Below, one piece after another: positions 1 to 10,317 of a stretch of 64,000 nt of DNA. The stretch lies in NCBI GenBank assembly GCA_034669905.1, contig JAXMOL010000004.1, positions 141,277 to 205,276 of the forward strand, given 5' to 3'. The position numbers were made by a program, and so were the translations under genes. The notes beneath the pieces were generated by a model, which saw only the letters and a program-made list of their open reading frames with translations, had not been told where the DNA came from and searched no databases. The stretch comes from Candidatus Hydrogenedentota bacterium (GTDB lineage Bacteria > Hydrogenedentota > Hydrogenedentia > Hydrogenedentales > JAEUWI01). How positions within the stretch are numbered: position 1 is the stretch's first letter; each line of letters opens with the position of its first letter.

Positions 1-357
1 CGCGCCGTCGTCCTGTCCAATGGTGTATCCTAGTCACCTACAGTATACCCACCTGAAGGCACTGCATTAAATGGGGGCGGGTTTTCGGTAAAGAACAACA
101 CCGTTTATCCAGGGAACAAATCCCCATTGGACGGAAACACACGGTCACCCCAGTGGGGCGGTGCACCATTTCTTGCAGCGGAATCGTCTTCGAGGTGGCA
201 GTGGCGTTCGAATATGGGTTAGGATCAGGCCCGTGAGCCGAATCGCGTAGTACTTGGGAAGACCACATGGGGTCGGACTACCACGCTCACATGCCGTGAC
301 AGACCACTGGTGTAGTCTTCCGTTCGGCTCAAATGCGAATTAATCTCGGAGTATGAC

Positions 358-2790
358 ATGATAGAAGACCGGTTTGTAGACCTTATCAGCGAAGCGGCAA
401 GCGCAAAGCCTGCCCAAGTGAAGGTCGCCATTGAATTGTTCGATAAAGGTGCCACCATCCCCTTTGTGGCGCGCTACCGGAAAGATGCGACCGGTAACCT
501 GGATGAGGTCGCCCTCGAAACCATCGAGAACCTCAACACCCAATACATCGCCTTTACGAACCGCCGGGACGCTATCCTGGAAAACGTCGAGAAGCAGGGC
601 AAACTCACGCCTGAACTCAAGGCCCAGATCCAAGGCTGTAGTGATGCGGTGGTCTTGGAGGACCTTTACCTTCCCTTCAAGAAATCGCGCAAGACCAAGG
701 CCACCATCGCCCGCGAACAGGGACTCGAACCCCTCGCGGACCTTATCTGGGCCCAGGAACCAGGTGAGCAGTCCATTGAGGCCATCGCCGCCACGTATGT
801 CAGCGACGAAAAAGGAGTCGCCGATCCGGATGCGGCCCTCCAGGGTGCGCGAAACATTTTGGCAGAGCGTATCTCTCAGGATGCCGATTTGCGCCAGAAA
901 GCCCGTGATGTGTTCCACGACGAAGGCGTGTTGACCACGGCGGCGACAAAGAATACGGAAGAGCAGAAAACGAAGTTCGAAGCCTACTACGATTTCAAAG
1001 AACCCATTAAGTCGATGCCGTCCCACCGGCTGCTCGCCGTGCTGCGGGGCGTTCGCAAGGGCTTCCTTCGCATGGACCTGGCTGTGGACGACGACGCCTT
1101 CCGTAGTGAGATGGCCAGTCGCTACTGTAAAGCCGATGGCGGGCCCCTTGCCACACAGATGACACTCGCCATTGAAGACAGCTACAAGCGCCTGATCCAA
1201 CCGACCATCGAAAACGAAGTCATCCAGGCCGCCCGCAAGGTGGCCGACGATGCAGCCACCCAGGTCTTTCGCGAGAATGCGGAAAATCTGCTCCTGGCAT
1301 CCCCGGCAGGCCATAAACCCGTACTCGGGGTGGATCCGGGACTCCGGACGGGTTCCAAGCTGGCGGTGATCGATCAGCAGGGCACCTACCAGGAAAGCGC
1401 TACCATCTATACGACGGAGCCCAAGAAGAACGAAGCGGCGGCGGCGGCGACCCTCCTGGACCTTATCAACCGTCACAACGTCGAATTGATTGCTATTGGC
1501 AATGGCACGGGCTCCCGGGAAATCAATCAGTTTATCCGGAATGTACTCAAAGAAAACGACAAGACCGCTATCACCACGGTCTTCGTGAACGAAGCCGGTG
1601 CCTCGATCTACTCGGCCTCCGAAGTGGCCCGCAACGAGTTCCCCGATTTGGATCTCACCATTCGTGGGGCCATCTCCATTGCCCGGCGTTTGCAGGATCC
1701 CCTGGCAGAATTGGTCAAGCTCGAACCCCGGCACGTTGGCGTGGGCCAGTATCAGCATGATGTCAATCAAAAGCAGCTGCGCGAAGGCCTCAGCAAGACG
1801 ATCGAATCCTGTGTGAACCGGGTCGGCGTGGACCTTAACACCGCCTCCGTGGAGTTGTTGCGTTATGTCAGCGGCATTCAGCAGAACACCGCCCAGAACA
1901 TTGTGAAATTCCGTACGGAGAACGGACCGTTCCAGAAGCGGACCCAACTGACCGAAGTGTCTGGCGTGGGGGAGAAGACCTTTGAGCAATGCGCCGGGTT
2001 CCTTCGCGTACAAAACGGCGTAGAGCCCCTGGATCAAACAGCCATCCACCCCGAAGCCTATGAAATTGTATCTTCCATGGCCGGGAACCTCGCGGTGGAC
2101 ACCAAGGATTTAATCCGCAATCAGGAACTTGTCAACAAATTGAAGCTGGAAGAGTTTGCCAACGAAAAGGTCGGCACCCTGGCACTCTCCGATATCAAGC
2201 TCGAATTGCTCCGCCCCGGACGGGATCCACGGCAGGAGTTTAAGGCGCCCCAGTTTCTCGACGGCATTGACGATGTCAACGACCTGGAAATCGACATGGT
2301 TACCGAGGGGGTCGTGACGAATGTGACCGACTTCGGCGCTTTCGTAGACATCGGGGTTCATCAGGATGGTCTCGTACACCTCTCCGAATTGGCCAACCGC
2401 TTTATTAAGGACCCCCACGACGTGGTGAAGGTCGGCCAGATTGTCCGGGTAAAGGTCATCAAAATCGATGCCGAACTCCGCCGGGTCTCCCTCTCCATGA
2501 AGGCCCTTCAATCGCCCCCGAAAGCCCGAGAGCGCAGCGCCGAAGAAGGGACCAGCAAGGCTCCCGAAAAAGGCAGCGCCCGCCGCAGTCCCGACGCCCA
2601 GAAGCCGGAAACCCGTCGCCGGGCCAAGCCCACCCGCCATGAGGGGGGAAAAGGCCATGCGAAAAAGGGGGGACGTCCCAAGGGCGGCAGCACGGGCGGC
2701 GCACGCAAGCCCGCGGCCCCGAAAGAGAATATGAACACCCTTCTGGCCGATCAACTTGCCGCCCTGAAAGACAAGTTTAACAACAACTAG
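358..2790 (+). CDS. tex: Tex family RNA-binding transcriptional accessory protein
   Basis: GATIPFVARYRKDATGNLDE N-terminus; YqgF-like GVDPGLRTGSK; GVGQYQHDV; HhH VGVDLNTAS; C-terminal S1 domain (GVVTNVTDFGAFVDIGVHQDGLVHLSEL); GGAG RBS at 348-351. Confidence 0.95.
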   Translation: MIEDRFVDLISEAASAKPAQVKVAIELFDKGATIPFVARYRKDATGNLDEVALETIENLNTQYIAFTNRRDAILENVEKQGKLTPELKAQIQGCSDAVVLEDLYLPFKKSRKTKATIAREQGLEPLADLIWAQEPGEQSIEAIAATYVSDEKGVADPDAALQGARNILAERISQDADLRQKARDVFHDEGVLTTAATKNTEEQKTKFEAYYDFKEPIKSMPSHRLLAVLRGVRKGFLRMDLAVDDDAFRSEMASRYCKADGGPLATQMTLAIEDSYKRLIQPTIENEVIQAARKVADDAATQVFRENAENLLLASPAGHKPVLGVDPGLRTGSKLAVIDQQGTYQESATIYTTEPKKNEAAAAATLLDLINRHNVELIAIGNGTGSREINQFIRNVLKENDKTAITTVFVNEAGASIYSASEVARNEFPDLDLTIRGAISIARRLQDPLAELVKLEPRHVGVGQYQHDVNQKQLREGLSKTIESCVNRVGVDLNTASVELLRYVSGIQQNTAQNIVKFRTENGPFQKRTQLTEVSGVGEKTFEQCAGFLRVQNGVEPLDQTAIHPEAYEIVSSMAGNLAVDTKDLIRNQELVNKLKLEEFANEKVGTLALSDIKLELLRPGRDPRQEFKAPQFLDGIDDVNDLEIDMVTEGVVTNVTDFGAFVDIGVHQDGLVHLSELANRFIKDPHDVVKVGQIVRVKVIKIDAELRRVSLSMKALQSPPKARERSAEEGTSKAPEKGSARRSPDAQKPETRRRAKPTRHEGGKGHAKKGGRPKGGSTGGARKPAAPKENMNTLLADQLAALKDKFNNN

Positions 2791-2833
2791 GCAGGTGGCT
2801 CTGGGCGAAACTGCGAATTCTAAGCCCCAACTC

Positions 2834-2862
2834 TTGACATTCTGAAGCCGGTGTGGTACCTT
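2834..2862 (+). promoter_or_regulatory. sigma70-type promoter upstream of dksA-like gene
   Basis: TTGACA (2834-2839), 17-nt spacer, TGgTACCTT extended -10 (TACCTT 2857-2862). Confidence 0.6.
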
Positions 2863-2993
2863 TCCACAACTTTGTGGATTATTTGCCAGGTTTCCGGACG
2901 TTTACGCGCGCACTTCGAATCTCTGAAGTGCCCATCACGTAAGCACTTACGGTGCCACACCAAGGACACCATTCAGCATGATTCTCACGTTGC

Positions 2994-3002
2994 TGGTATA
3001 AT
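2994..3002 (+). promoter_or_regulatory. second, extended -10 promoter upstream of dksA-like gene
   Basis: TGgTATAAT about 60 nt before the ATG; AGGAG RBS follows. Confidence 0.5.
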
Positions 3003-3063
3003 GTGGGCGCGTGAGGCAGGGGGCTGACCGGCCTCGACCGGATATGCAGGAGATTGACGCAGA

Positions 3064-3432
3064 ATGAATCAACGAGATGTTAAGAAGTTTGAGAAACTAC
3101 TGCTTGCCGAACGCGATCGGCTGACCGGCAGCATCAAGAACATCGAAGATGCCTCTCGGTATGAATCGGGTCGGGACAACAGTGGCGATCTGTCCAGTTA
3201 CGCCGAGTCAGGTACCGACAATTTTGAATTGGAAACGGCGCTCAACATTGCCAGCGGCGAGTCCAACTGGCTCAGCGAAGTAACGGAGGCCTTGGGCCGT
3301 CTTCATGATGGTACCTACGGCAAGTGCGAGGGATGTGAAAAAGACATTCCGAAAAAACGTCTCGAAGTTTTTCCTTCGGCGAAATACTGCATCGCGTGCC
3401 AGGAAGAGGTAGAAAAACAGAACGCCTACTAG
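3064..3432 (+). CDS. TraR/DksA C4-type zinc-finger transcription factor
   Basis: Coiled-coil N-terminus and GTYGKCEGC...RLEVFPSAKYCIACQ four-Cys finger. Confidence 0.9.
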   Translation: MNQRDVKKFEKLLLAERDRLTGSIKNIEDASRYESGRDNSGDLSSYAESGTDNFELETALNIASGESNWLSEVTEALGRLHDGTYGKCEGCEKDIPKKRLEVFPSAKYCIACQEEVEKQNAY

Positions 3433-3460
3433 TGCGACGAAACAGTCTCAGCATTTAACC

Positions 3461-3500
3461 GCGCTTTCCATACACAACAACGGATGGAAAGCGCTTTTTT
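3461..3500 (+). terminator. Rho-independent terminator
   Basis: GCGCTTTCCAT (3461-3471)/ATGGAAAGCGC (3484-3494) 11-bp stem followed by T6. Confidence 0.85.
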
Positions 3501-3583
3501 CACCATTACTCGTTTCCACGTGGCGTGGTCCTGTACCCCTTATGCAGGGGACATACCCCGCGAATGCAAGGCAGGTTCTTTTC

Positions 3584-4447
3584 ATGTATCCCACCATTCT
3601 TGAGCTGGGGCCCATTACCCTCCATTCCTATGGCCTGATGATAGCCATCGGATTTATTATTATCCTCTATTTCATGCAGCGGGACGCCCGCCGGGTTAAC
3701 GTAGAGCCCCAGGCTATCGGCGATATGGCCTTCTGGACCCTGATTATCGGCGTCGCTTCCACGCGCTTGCTCCATATCATCATGTTCCCCCAGCACTACT
3801 CGTGGGATGATCCGATCGGATGGATAGATGTGCGGCGCGGGGGGCTCGTCTTTCAGGGCGCCATACCAACGGCCGTCGGTTACGTTGTCTGGTCCCTGCG
3901 ACGGCGTAAGATCTCCTTCCGCACCGTGTGCGATGTGGTCATGCCCTATGTGCCGGTCGGCCAGGCCTTCGGACGAATCGGCTGCTTTCTGAAAGGGTGT
4001 TGCCACGGTGATCGGGCCGATGAGCTCTTGTGGGGCATCCGCTTTCCGGTGGATAGTCCTGCCTATGTGGCTCACCACCAACGCTATCCCGCGTTTCCAG
4101 CCGACGCCACCTGGTCCTATCCCGTCCACCCGACCCAGCTCTACAGCGTGGGCCTTCTTCTGGGCATGTGTGCGCTACTCTTGCTACTCCGCAAACGTCG
4201 CCCCTTTGAAGGGGTAACCTTCCCCATGTACTTTGTCCTCTATGGCATCTGCCGTTTTATCGTGGAGATTTATCGAGGGGACGGCAATCCTGTCCACACC
4301 ATCGTCGGCATAGATTTCTCCTCCCAACAATTATTCTGTCTTGTCATGATCGTTTTTGGAATTGGGATGTGGTTCTATTTCCGTCAAACGCGTGACAATA
4401 ATGCCGATCACCGCTTTCCCGATGGGATGGGAAGTAGCGACGGGTAA
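3584..4447 (+). CDS. lgt: prolipoprotein diacylglyceryl transferase
   Basis: MYP...LHSYGLM start, GGLVFQG, QAFGRIGCFLKGCCHG, HPTQLY, RFIVEIYRGD; start moved to the ATG at 3584. Confidence 0.92.
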   Translation: MYPTILELGPITLHSYGLMIAIGFIIILYFMQRDARRVNVEPQAIGDMAFWTLIIGVASTRLLHIIMFPQHYSWDDPIGWIDVRRGGLVFQGAIPTAVGYVVWSLRRRKISFRTVCDVVMPYVPVGQAFGRIGCFLKGCCHGDRADELLWGIRFPVDSPAYVAHHQRYPAFPADATWSYPVHPTQLYSVGLLLGMCALLLLLRKRRPFEGVTFPMYFVLYGICRFIVEIYRGDGNPVHTIVGIDFSSQQLFCLVMIVFGIGMWFYFRQTRDNNADHRFPDGMGSSDG

Positions 4448-4526
4448 AGGCTTGGTCTAACCCGCCGGTTCCGGTATACTGTTTTCCCGGTAAGTGCTGG
4501 CAAGCCTCACAACCCTGGGAGTCCCT

Positions 4527-5429
4527 ATGTGGCGCTTTGTGCATGTGACTGATCCGCATCTCGCGAGCAAGCGAGACGGAATATGGAACAATCGCTTCCT
4601 CTGTACCATGATGCCTGAGGTTATGGCGTGCCTGAAACGCGATCTGGCAGCGTTGGATCCTGCGTTCATCCTCCTGACGGGGGATATCGTGAGTGCACAG
4701 ACCCGTGAGGCCATGTTGGAGGCCCGGGACGAGGTAGAGCGTCTGGGGATACCCTATTATCCGATGGGTGGGAACCACGACTTCGTGTTGCGAGAATCCC
4801 GGGAGTGGTTTCTGGAGGCCTTTCAACATCGCCTCCCGAGACCGTGCACTTACTACTCCTACACCCACGAAAACCTTCACTTCTGTGTCCTCGACGCCTG
4901 GTGGATGTGGTCGGACGGGGCGCTGAGTGAAATCAGTGAAGCCTCCGTGGCACGGGACCTGGATACCTCCTTGGAGGGAGCACGGTGGGCCGTACCGCCC
5001 CATGTGCTGGATTGGCTGGAGAAGGACCTCTGCGCCCACCCTGATCTCGCCACCGTTATCGCCGTCCACTACCCGGCCGTTCCTATTCCGCAACGGTTGC
5101 ATACGTCGGACTTTAACAATGGGGGGTGCCTGGAGAATGGAGGACTGCTCCTGGAATGTCTCCGCAGCCACCCCCAGGTGAAGGCGATATTTTCCGGCCA
5201 TGTCCATATGCACTTTGCAGAGGAACTGAACGGCATAACCCAGATAGTCACGGGAGCCTTGCCAGAGTTCCCCACGGAGTATCGCGACGTGCAGGTCTAC
5301 GATGACCGCATGGAAATCAAGACCCTCGGGTTAAGCAATCCAGATTTCGCCCGACGCTCACTCATCGCCGGGAAGAGCTGGACGGCCGGCGGCCCCCAGG
5401 ACCGGGAAGTGATCATTCCACTCCGTTAG
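4527..5429 (+). CDS. calcineurin-like metallophosphoesterase (Icc/CpdA-like)
   Basis: Metal-binding motifs TDPH, TGD, GNHD, HYP, SGHVH; start chosen at MWRF. Confidence 0.8.
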   Translation: MWRFVHVTDPHLASKRDGIWNNRFLCTMMPEVMACLKRDLAALDPAFILLTGDIVSAQTREAMLEARDEVERLGIPYYPMGGNHDFVLRESREWFLEAFQHRLPRPCTYYSYTHENLHFCVLDAWWMWSDGALSEISEASVARDLDTSLEGARWAVPPHVLDWLEKDLCAHPDLATVIAVHYPAVPIPQRLHTSDFNNGGCLENGGLLLECLRSHPQVKAIFSGHVHMHFAEELNGITQIVTGALPEFPTEYRDVQVYDDRMEIKTLGLSNPDFARRSLIAGKSWTAGGPQDREVIIPLR

Positions 5430-5462
5430 GCTCCGGGGCACGGGGATATAGAAGGAGGGGGG

Positions 5463-5960
5463 CTAGGTGCCCGCCGGGGCGTCATCCGCCACGGAAAGGG
5501 AGAGCACCAGCACCAGCTCGCGATCTTCCTTCAGCTTCAGGCCACGGACCAACACCTGTTTGTCCGGACGGAGCAATAATTCCGTAGAGAGGGCTTCGAT
5601 CTCCTTGGCCGGTGTCTCTTTCGACAGGGTCAGGATGCGGAGACGCACCCGATGCCGACCGTCTGAACCGGCAACCGGCGCACTCATTTCCAGGGTATAA
5701 TTGCTCGTCAGCGCGATCCGCGTAATGCCGGACTCTTTCAGAGGATGAATCCCGGTGCTGACGTTCCGATAGGTATCGTGGGGGAGGGAGGACAGGACGC
5801 GATGTATCGCTTCCAGCCCCTTGTCATAGTGGGTGGTATCCCGGTCTTCGGTACGGGCTTCCACCACCCAGAGCTTCAATTCTGAACGTGCCGCCCCATG
5901 GGCCGTGGACCACGGCAGGGTCAGCGCTACAAAGAGGGCAACCGAGAGGGTTCGAAACAT
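5463..5960 (-). CDS. hypothetical exported protein, third gene of the ECF operon
   Basis: Signal-peptide-like N-terminus (MFRTLSVALFVALTLPWSTAHG); starts 2 nt after the anti-sigma stop. Confidence 0.65.
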   Translation of the reverse strand: MFRTLSVALFVALTLPWSTAHGAARSELKLWVVEARTEDRDTTHYDKGLEAIHRVLSSLPHDTYRNVSTGIHPLKESGITRIALTSNYTLEMSAPVAGSDGRHRVRLRILTLSKETPAKEIEALSTELLLRPDKQVLVRGLKLKEDRELVLVLSLSVADDAPAGT

Positions 5961-5962
5961 TA

Positions 5963-6409
5963 TTAGACATCGTCCTCGGCGATAGAAATCCAAATGGTCG
6001 TCACCCCGTCATCGGAGTTATCCCAATGCACCGTCGCATCATTTAATTGGGTAGATACCGACTCGACTTCATTGGCCTTCACGGGCCCCGGGCCGGTAAA
6101 TATAGAAAAGGTGGCAATGGCAATCACCAGCGCAGCGGCCGACAGGCTCATCAGGGCCCACATGCCGCCGGGGCGCCGACGGGAGCGGGAAACCTCGGCC
6201 TGTATACCTTCCATGAAGGCAGGAAACTGGTTGTCCGAGAGCACGGGCGCTTCAGGCAGGGCACCCAGGGCGGCGCGCAACTGCAGGAGCGATTTCTGAT
6301 GGGCGGCACAGGGGCCACAGGAGGCCAGATGGGCCTCCACAGCTTCCTGCTCGTGCGATTCGCCATCGACGAAACGCTCCACTTTGCTTGTCCATTTGCA
6401 TGTTTTCAT
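5963..6409 (-). CDS. zinc-binding (ZAS/zf-HC2) transmembrane anti-sigma factor
   Basis: HLASCGPC HxxxCxxC motif, single TM helix, short C-terminal domain; directly downstream of the ECF sigma gene. Confidence 0.8.
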   Translation of the reverse strand: MKTCKWTSKVERFVDGESHEQEAVEAHLASCGPCAAHQKSLLQLRAALGALPEAPVLSDNQFPAFMEGIQAEVSRSRRRPGGMWALMSLSAAALVIAIATFSIFTGPGPVKANEVESVSTQLNDATVHWDNSDDGVTTIWISIAEDDV

Positions 6410-6411
6410 AA

Positions 6412-7053
6412 TCAACTACCCTCCACGTAGCCCATGGCGACCAATTTAGTCTGCAATTTTTTCCGGGCGTGATGCAATCGGCTCATCACCGTACCTTCAC
6501 TACAGTTCATGACTTCCGCCATTTCTTTGTAGGACATCCCTTCATATTCTCGCAGCACAAAGGCCATCCGGTGCTTAGGGGAAATACCGTCCAATGCCGT
6601 TTGAATCGCCTTTCCCAACTCAGTATTCGCCAGTTCCTGACTGGGGTCAGACGGAGCCGCGAAAAAGTCCTGGGTGGGCAAGGCATCCATCGACACGGTC
6701 GGTAGACGTCGCTTTTTAAAATGGTCTTTACAGTGGTTGGCCGCAATGCGGAGCAACCAGGTCTTTATACCCGCATCGCCACGAAAGCGCCCGAGTGAAC
6801 GGTAGGCCTTAATAAAGACCTCCTGGGAGACATCCCACGCTTCCTCGCGATTTCGGAGAAAATGGTAACTTAAACCAAAAACATCGTTTCGATACCGTCG
6901 AACCAACTCTTCAAAGGCCTGTGGCTCACCTGATTTCGCACGCGTTACCAATTCGGCATCGGTCGCATCACGTGGTAATTTCAGCTTCTCCACACGCTCC
7001 TCTTCCACAGCAATTCGGTCATAAAAGAGACCGGATTCGATTGACATGCTCAT
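6412..7053 (-). CDS. ECF RNA polymerase sigma factor (SigW/RpoE-like)
   Basis: Region 2 (AFEELVRRY...DVSQEVFIKAY...TWLLRIAAN) and region 4 (EGMSYKEMAEVMNCSEGTVMSRLHHAR). Confidence 0.93.
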   Translation of the reverse strand: MSMSIESGLFYDRIAVEEERVEKLKLPRDATDAELVTRAKSGEPQAFEELVRRYRNDVFGLSYHFLRNREEAWDVSQEVFIKAYRSLGRFRGDAGIKTWLLRIAANHCKDHFKKRRLPTVSMDALPTQDFFAAPSDPSQELANTELGKAIQTALDGISPKHRMAFVLREYEGMSYKEMAEVMNCSEGTVMSRLHHARKKLQTKLVAMGYVEGS

Positions 7054-7333
7054 ACGCTGAATCTCCTCATTCCACAGATAGAGACGCGCGGGGAGCCTAT
7101 GTATTCAAAATACTTTCGTTCATGATTGTACCATCCTGGAGCGGGGGGTTAAAGTGCGAATACTACAACCGCCACTTACCCGAAAGCCCCGACGAACTGG
7201 CAGCCAGGCACCGGCGAAAATGCAGTCGCTTTAGCGCGAATCCTTCTGGTACACTTGAAAAGGAGTTGATGGCGATAGCAACACGATAAGAACGGCCTGG
7301 ACCTGCTTTCCAGGAATACAGTTTGGAGAACCT

Positions 7334-8917
7334 ATGCAACGCAAATCCAGCAGATCTGAATTCTTTGCGCTTTTCACCTTCCTCGCCGTCTTGGTACTGC
7401 TTCTGACCAATGGCTTCGCCCCGCGAATTCACGCGCAGGGAGATGAGGTTGATCTGTACCCCCGTATCGAACCCATCGGCGAAGTGCTCTCGAAGATCCT
7501 GAATGAGTATGTTGAAGATGCCGACCTGGACCAGGTTGTTGAGGGTGCCATCTTTGGCATGATGGGTGCCCTGGGCGGACACAACAGTTATATCCCGGTC
7601 GAAGTCCTGACGGAAATGCGCGAAGATACCCGCGGCGAATTCGAAGGCATCGGTGTTTCCATTCGAGAAGAGGGCAAAGAAGTCGTCATTTATATGCCCA
7701 TCGAAGGGGCGCCTGCTGCGGAGGCCGGTTTACTCGCCGGCGATATCATCGTTGCGGTCGATGACGAAACCACTGCCAGCATGTGGGAAGCCAACGAAGA
7801 CAACCCGGCTTTTAAGATAGTTAACGCTGTGGCTGATCGTATCCGTGGCGAGCGGGGGACTTCGGTGAAGATCACCGTATCCCGCAGAGTGGGTGGCGCG
7901 CTCCAGAATATGGACTTTATGGTCAAGCGGGCCAAAGTGCCGCTGGAAAGTATCAAGGAAGCGCGCATTCTTCCCGGGGATATCGGCTATATTCGTATTC
8001 GCGATTTCAAAGATAACACCGCGAAGGATATGCGGAAGCGTATCGTCGAGTTTAAGGAAGAGGGCATGAAGGCCTTCGTACTGGACCTTCGCTGGAACCC
8101 CGGTGGCCTGCTGAGTGCCAGCCGGGAAGTGTGCGATCTCTTCCTGCCGAAGAAATCCCTGGTCACCTACACCAAGGGGCGGCCCCGTGCGGATGGTTCG
8201 GAAAACCCGGAAAACATGGAACTGTACACCGATCATGCTCCGGTCCTGCCCCTCGATTTCCCGATGGCCGTGCTGGTCAATGGGGACACGGCGAGCTCCG
8301 CAGAGATCGTGACCGGTGCCCTGCAATTTCACAAGCGGGCCATCGTAATTGGCGAGAAGACCTTTGGTAAGGGCAGTGTTCAGACTATCATCCCCCTGAA
8401 GCGCCCCAAGGATACGGCACTCCGCCTTACCACGGCGTTGTACTACACGCCCGCGGACGTCACCATCGATCACCAGGGCATCCTTCCAGATGTAAAGGTG
8501 GAAATGGACCGTGGGGACGTGAACGCCCTTATCAACCAGATGTTCCGTTCCTATGAAAAGGACCCGAGCAAGCGCAACAAACAGAATCACGGCACCGCTT
8601 CGGGCAACGTAGTGACCGAAATTGACAGCGCCGATGAAGATAAGGAAGAGGCCCTCCTCGCCGAGGTCGCCGCGTACTACGGCGAAGATGTATCCAACAT
8701 TCTGCGTGATCGGGTCAGCCTGAAGGAACGGGACGAGAAGACCGTAGAAGATCTTCCGCTCCTTCGTGCCGTCGAGATTATTCAGGAGAGCCCGGACTGG
8801 CCGGCGACCTTCAAGAAGTACCATCGGGATGTACGCGAGACCCAAATGGCCGCGAGCACCGTGGCCGAAGAGGAGGGCACCGCGTCCGAGGCAACCGCCG
8901 AGACGACGGAACCCTGA
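7334..8917 (+). CDS. ctpA: C-terminal processing protease, S41A family (CtpA/Prc)
   Basis: PDZ (GEFEGIG), [10 protein letters not shown], catalytic TASSAEI and [15 protein letters not shown]. Confidence 0.92.
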   Translation: MQRKSSRSEFFALFTFLAVLVLLLTNGFAPRIHAQGDEVDLYPRIEPIGEVLSKILNEYVEDADLDQVVEGAIFGMMGALGGHNSYIPVEVLTEMREDTRGEFEGIGVSIREEGKEVVIYMPIEGAPAAEAGLLAGDIIVAVDDETTASMWEANEDNPAFKIVNAVADRIRGERGTSVKITVSRRVGGALQNMDFMVKRAKVPLESIKEARILPGDIGYIRIRDFKDNTAKDMRKRIVEFKEEGMKAFVLDLRWNPGGLLSASREVCDLFLPKKSLVTYTKGRPRADGSENPENMELYTDHAPVLPLDFPMAVLVNGDTASSAEIVTGALQFHKRAIVIGEKTFGKGSVQTIIPLKRPKDTALRLTTALYYTPADVTIDHQGILPDVKVEMDRGDVNALINQMFRSYEKDPSKRNKQNHGTASGNVVTEIDSADEDKEEALLAEVAAYYGEDVSNILRDRVSLKERDEKTVEDLPLLRAVEIIQESPDWPATFKKYHRDVRETQMAASTVAEEEGTASEATAETTEP

Positions 8918-9005
8918 TCCCCCCAGACAGATGACAGCCCTTGCGGCGCTATCGCTTTCCGCGATGGCGCCGTTGTTTACTAAGCAATACCGATTGGGAG
9001 TATTT

Positions 9006-9716
9006 ATGCGAAGCGATGGTCGTACCCAGGATGCCCTGCGTCCTGTCACCTTTCAACGTCATTTCACGCGGCATGCTGCGGGCTCCGTGCTCGTATCCTT
9101 TGGCGACACCAAAGTGATCTGTACCGCCTGCCTGGAATCCCGGGTCCCACCGTGGCTGCGGGACAGCGGTAAGGGCTGGGTGACGGCCGAATACGCCATG
9201 CTTCCGGGAGCGACCCACGAGCGGATTCGCCGGGAGTCCAATTCGAAGGGCCGTGCCCTGGAAATCAGCCGCTTGATTGGCCGGTCGCTGCGGGCCGTCG
9301 TTGATTTGGAGAAACTCGGCGAACAGATGATCACCCTCGATTGTGATGTTATTCAGGCCGATGGCGGCACCCGCACCGCCGCAATATCCGGTGCGTATGT
9401 GGCGCTCCATGATGCGGTTGCTCAACTCATTACCAATGGCACCCTGACAGAATCGCCTTTGCTCGGTGCCTGCGCCGCCGTAAGTGTCGGTGTGGTGGGG
9501 GAAGAGGTCCTGCTCGATTTGTGCTATGAAGAAGACGTGGTCGCCGAAGTGGATATGAATGTCGTCATGAATGGGGAGCAGCAGTTTATCGAAATTCAGG
9601 GCTGCGCCGAAGGACAGCCCTTCGACCGGGGGCAAATGGATGCCATGCTGGCCCATGCGGAAAGCGGTATTGCCCAGATCATCGCGGCACAAAAGGACGC
9701 CCTGGCTCATGGCTGA
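9006..9716 (+). CDS. rph: ribonuclease PH
   Basis: MRSDGR start, [37 protein letters not shown]. Confidence 0.96.
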   Translation: MRSDGRTQDALRPVTFQRHFTRHAAGSVLVSFGDTKVICTACLESRVPPWLRDSGKGWVTAEYAMLPGATHERIRRESNSKGRALEISRLIGRSLRAVVDLEKLGEQMITLDCDVIQADGGTRTAAISGAYVALHDAVAQLITNGTLTESPLLGACAAVSVGVVGEEVLLDLCYEEDVVAEVDMNVVMNGEQQFIEIQGCAEGQPFDRGQMDAMLAHAESGIAQIIAAQKDALAHG

Positions 9717-10317
9717 GATATTGCTCATCGGTTCAGGCAACCGGGACAAGGCCCGAGAGCTGGCCACCTTACTGGAGGGGCTCCCCTGGGAAGTCCGCTG
9801 CCTGAAAGATTATCCGGCGGTCGATGAACCCGAAGAAGACGGCGAAACCTTCGAAGCAAATGCGCTCAAGAAAGCCCGGTTTTACGGGGAACATTTCGGG
9901 GTGGCCTGTGTGGCCGATGACTCCGGGCTCGCGGTGGATTTCCTCGACGGCGCGCCTGGCGTCTATTCCGCCCGGTATGCGGGTGAGGCGTGCAGCTATG
10001 AGGCCAACAACAAGAAATTACTTTCCGCCCTGGCCGGTATCCCCTGGCACGAGCGGACGGCCCACTTCTGTTGCTGCGCCGCCTTTGTACCCAAAGAGGA
10101 CCCGTCGCATCATATCGAAATGGGTCTATGTCACGGGCATATAGCGGTATCCCCATCAGGCGCGGGAGGTTTTGGCTACGACCCCCTCTTCGTGCCGGAA
10201 GGGGAAGAGCGAAGCTTTGCCGAGATGCGACCGGAAGAAAAGCATGCCATCAGCCACCGCGGCCGGGCCTTTGCCCAATTGCGCCACTTCCTGGAGACCC
10301 GTCATGATAGTGGGTGA
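9709..10317 (+). CDS. rdgB: dITP/XTP pyrophosphatase (Ham1 family)
   Basis: [46 protein letters not shown]; overlaps rph stop. Confidence 0.95.
   Translation: MAEILLIGSGNRDKARELATLLEGLPWEVRCLKDYPAVDEPEEDGETFEANALKKARFYGEHFGVACVADDSGLAVDFLDGAPGVYSARYAGEACSYEANNKKLLSALAGIPWHERTAHFCCCAAFVPKEDPSHHIEMGLCHGHIAVSPSGAGGFGYDPLFVPEGEERSFAEMRPEEKHAISHRGRAFAQLRHFLETRHDSG

Noticed and set aside
1..36. Possible start of a minus-strand gene (AGGA then TTG at 20) running off the window
   Set aside because: Only a few codons visible; cannot be supported
340..2049. 569-aa minus-strand ORF and similar long antisense ORFs (e.g. 7730-9049, 15727-17685, 31010-32380, 37106-38422, 38490-39893, 45651-47021)
   Set aside because: They mirror well-supported genes on the other strand and carry no recognisable motifs; typical shadow ORFs of GC-rich coding DNA
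3438..3452. CGAAACAGTC after the dksA-like stop, matching 10 nt of the repeat-element terminus
   Set aside because: Too short, and no hairpin at the expected offset
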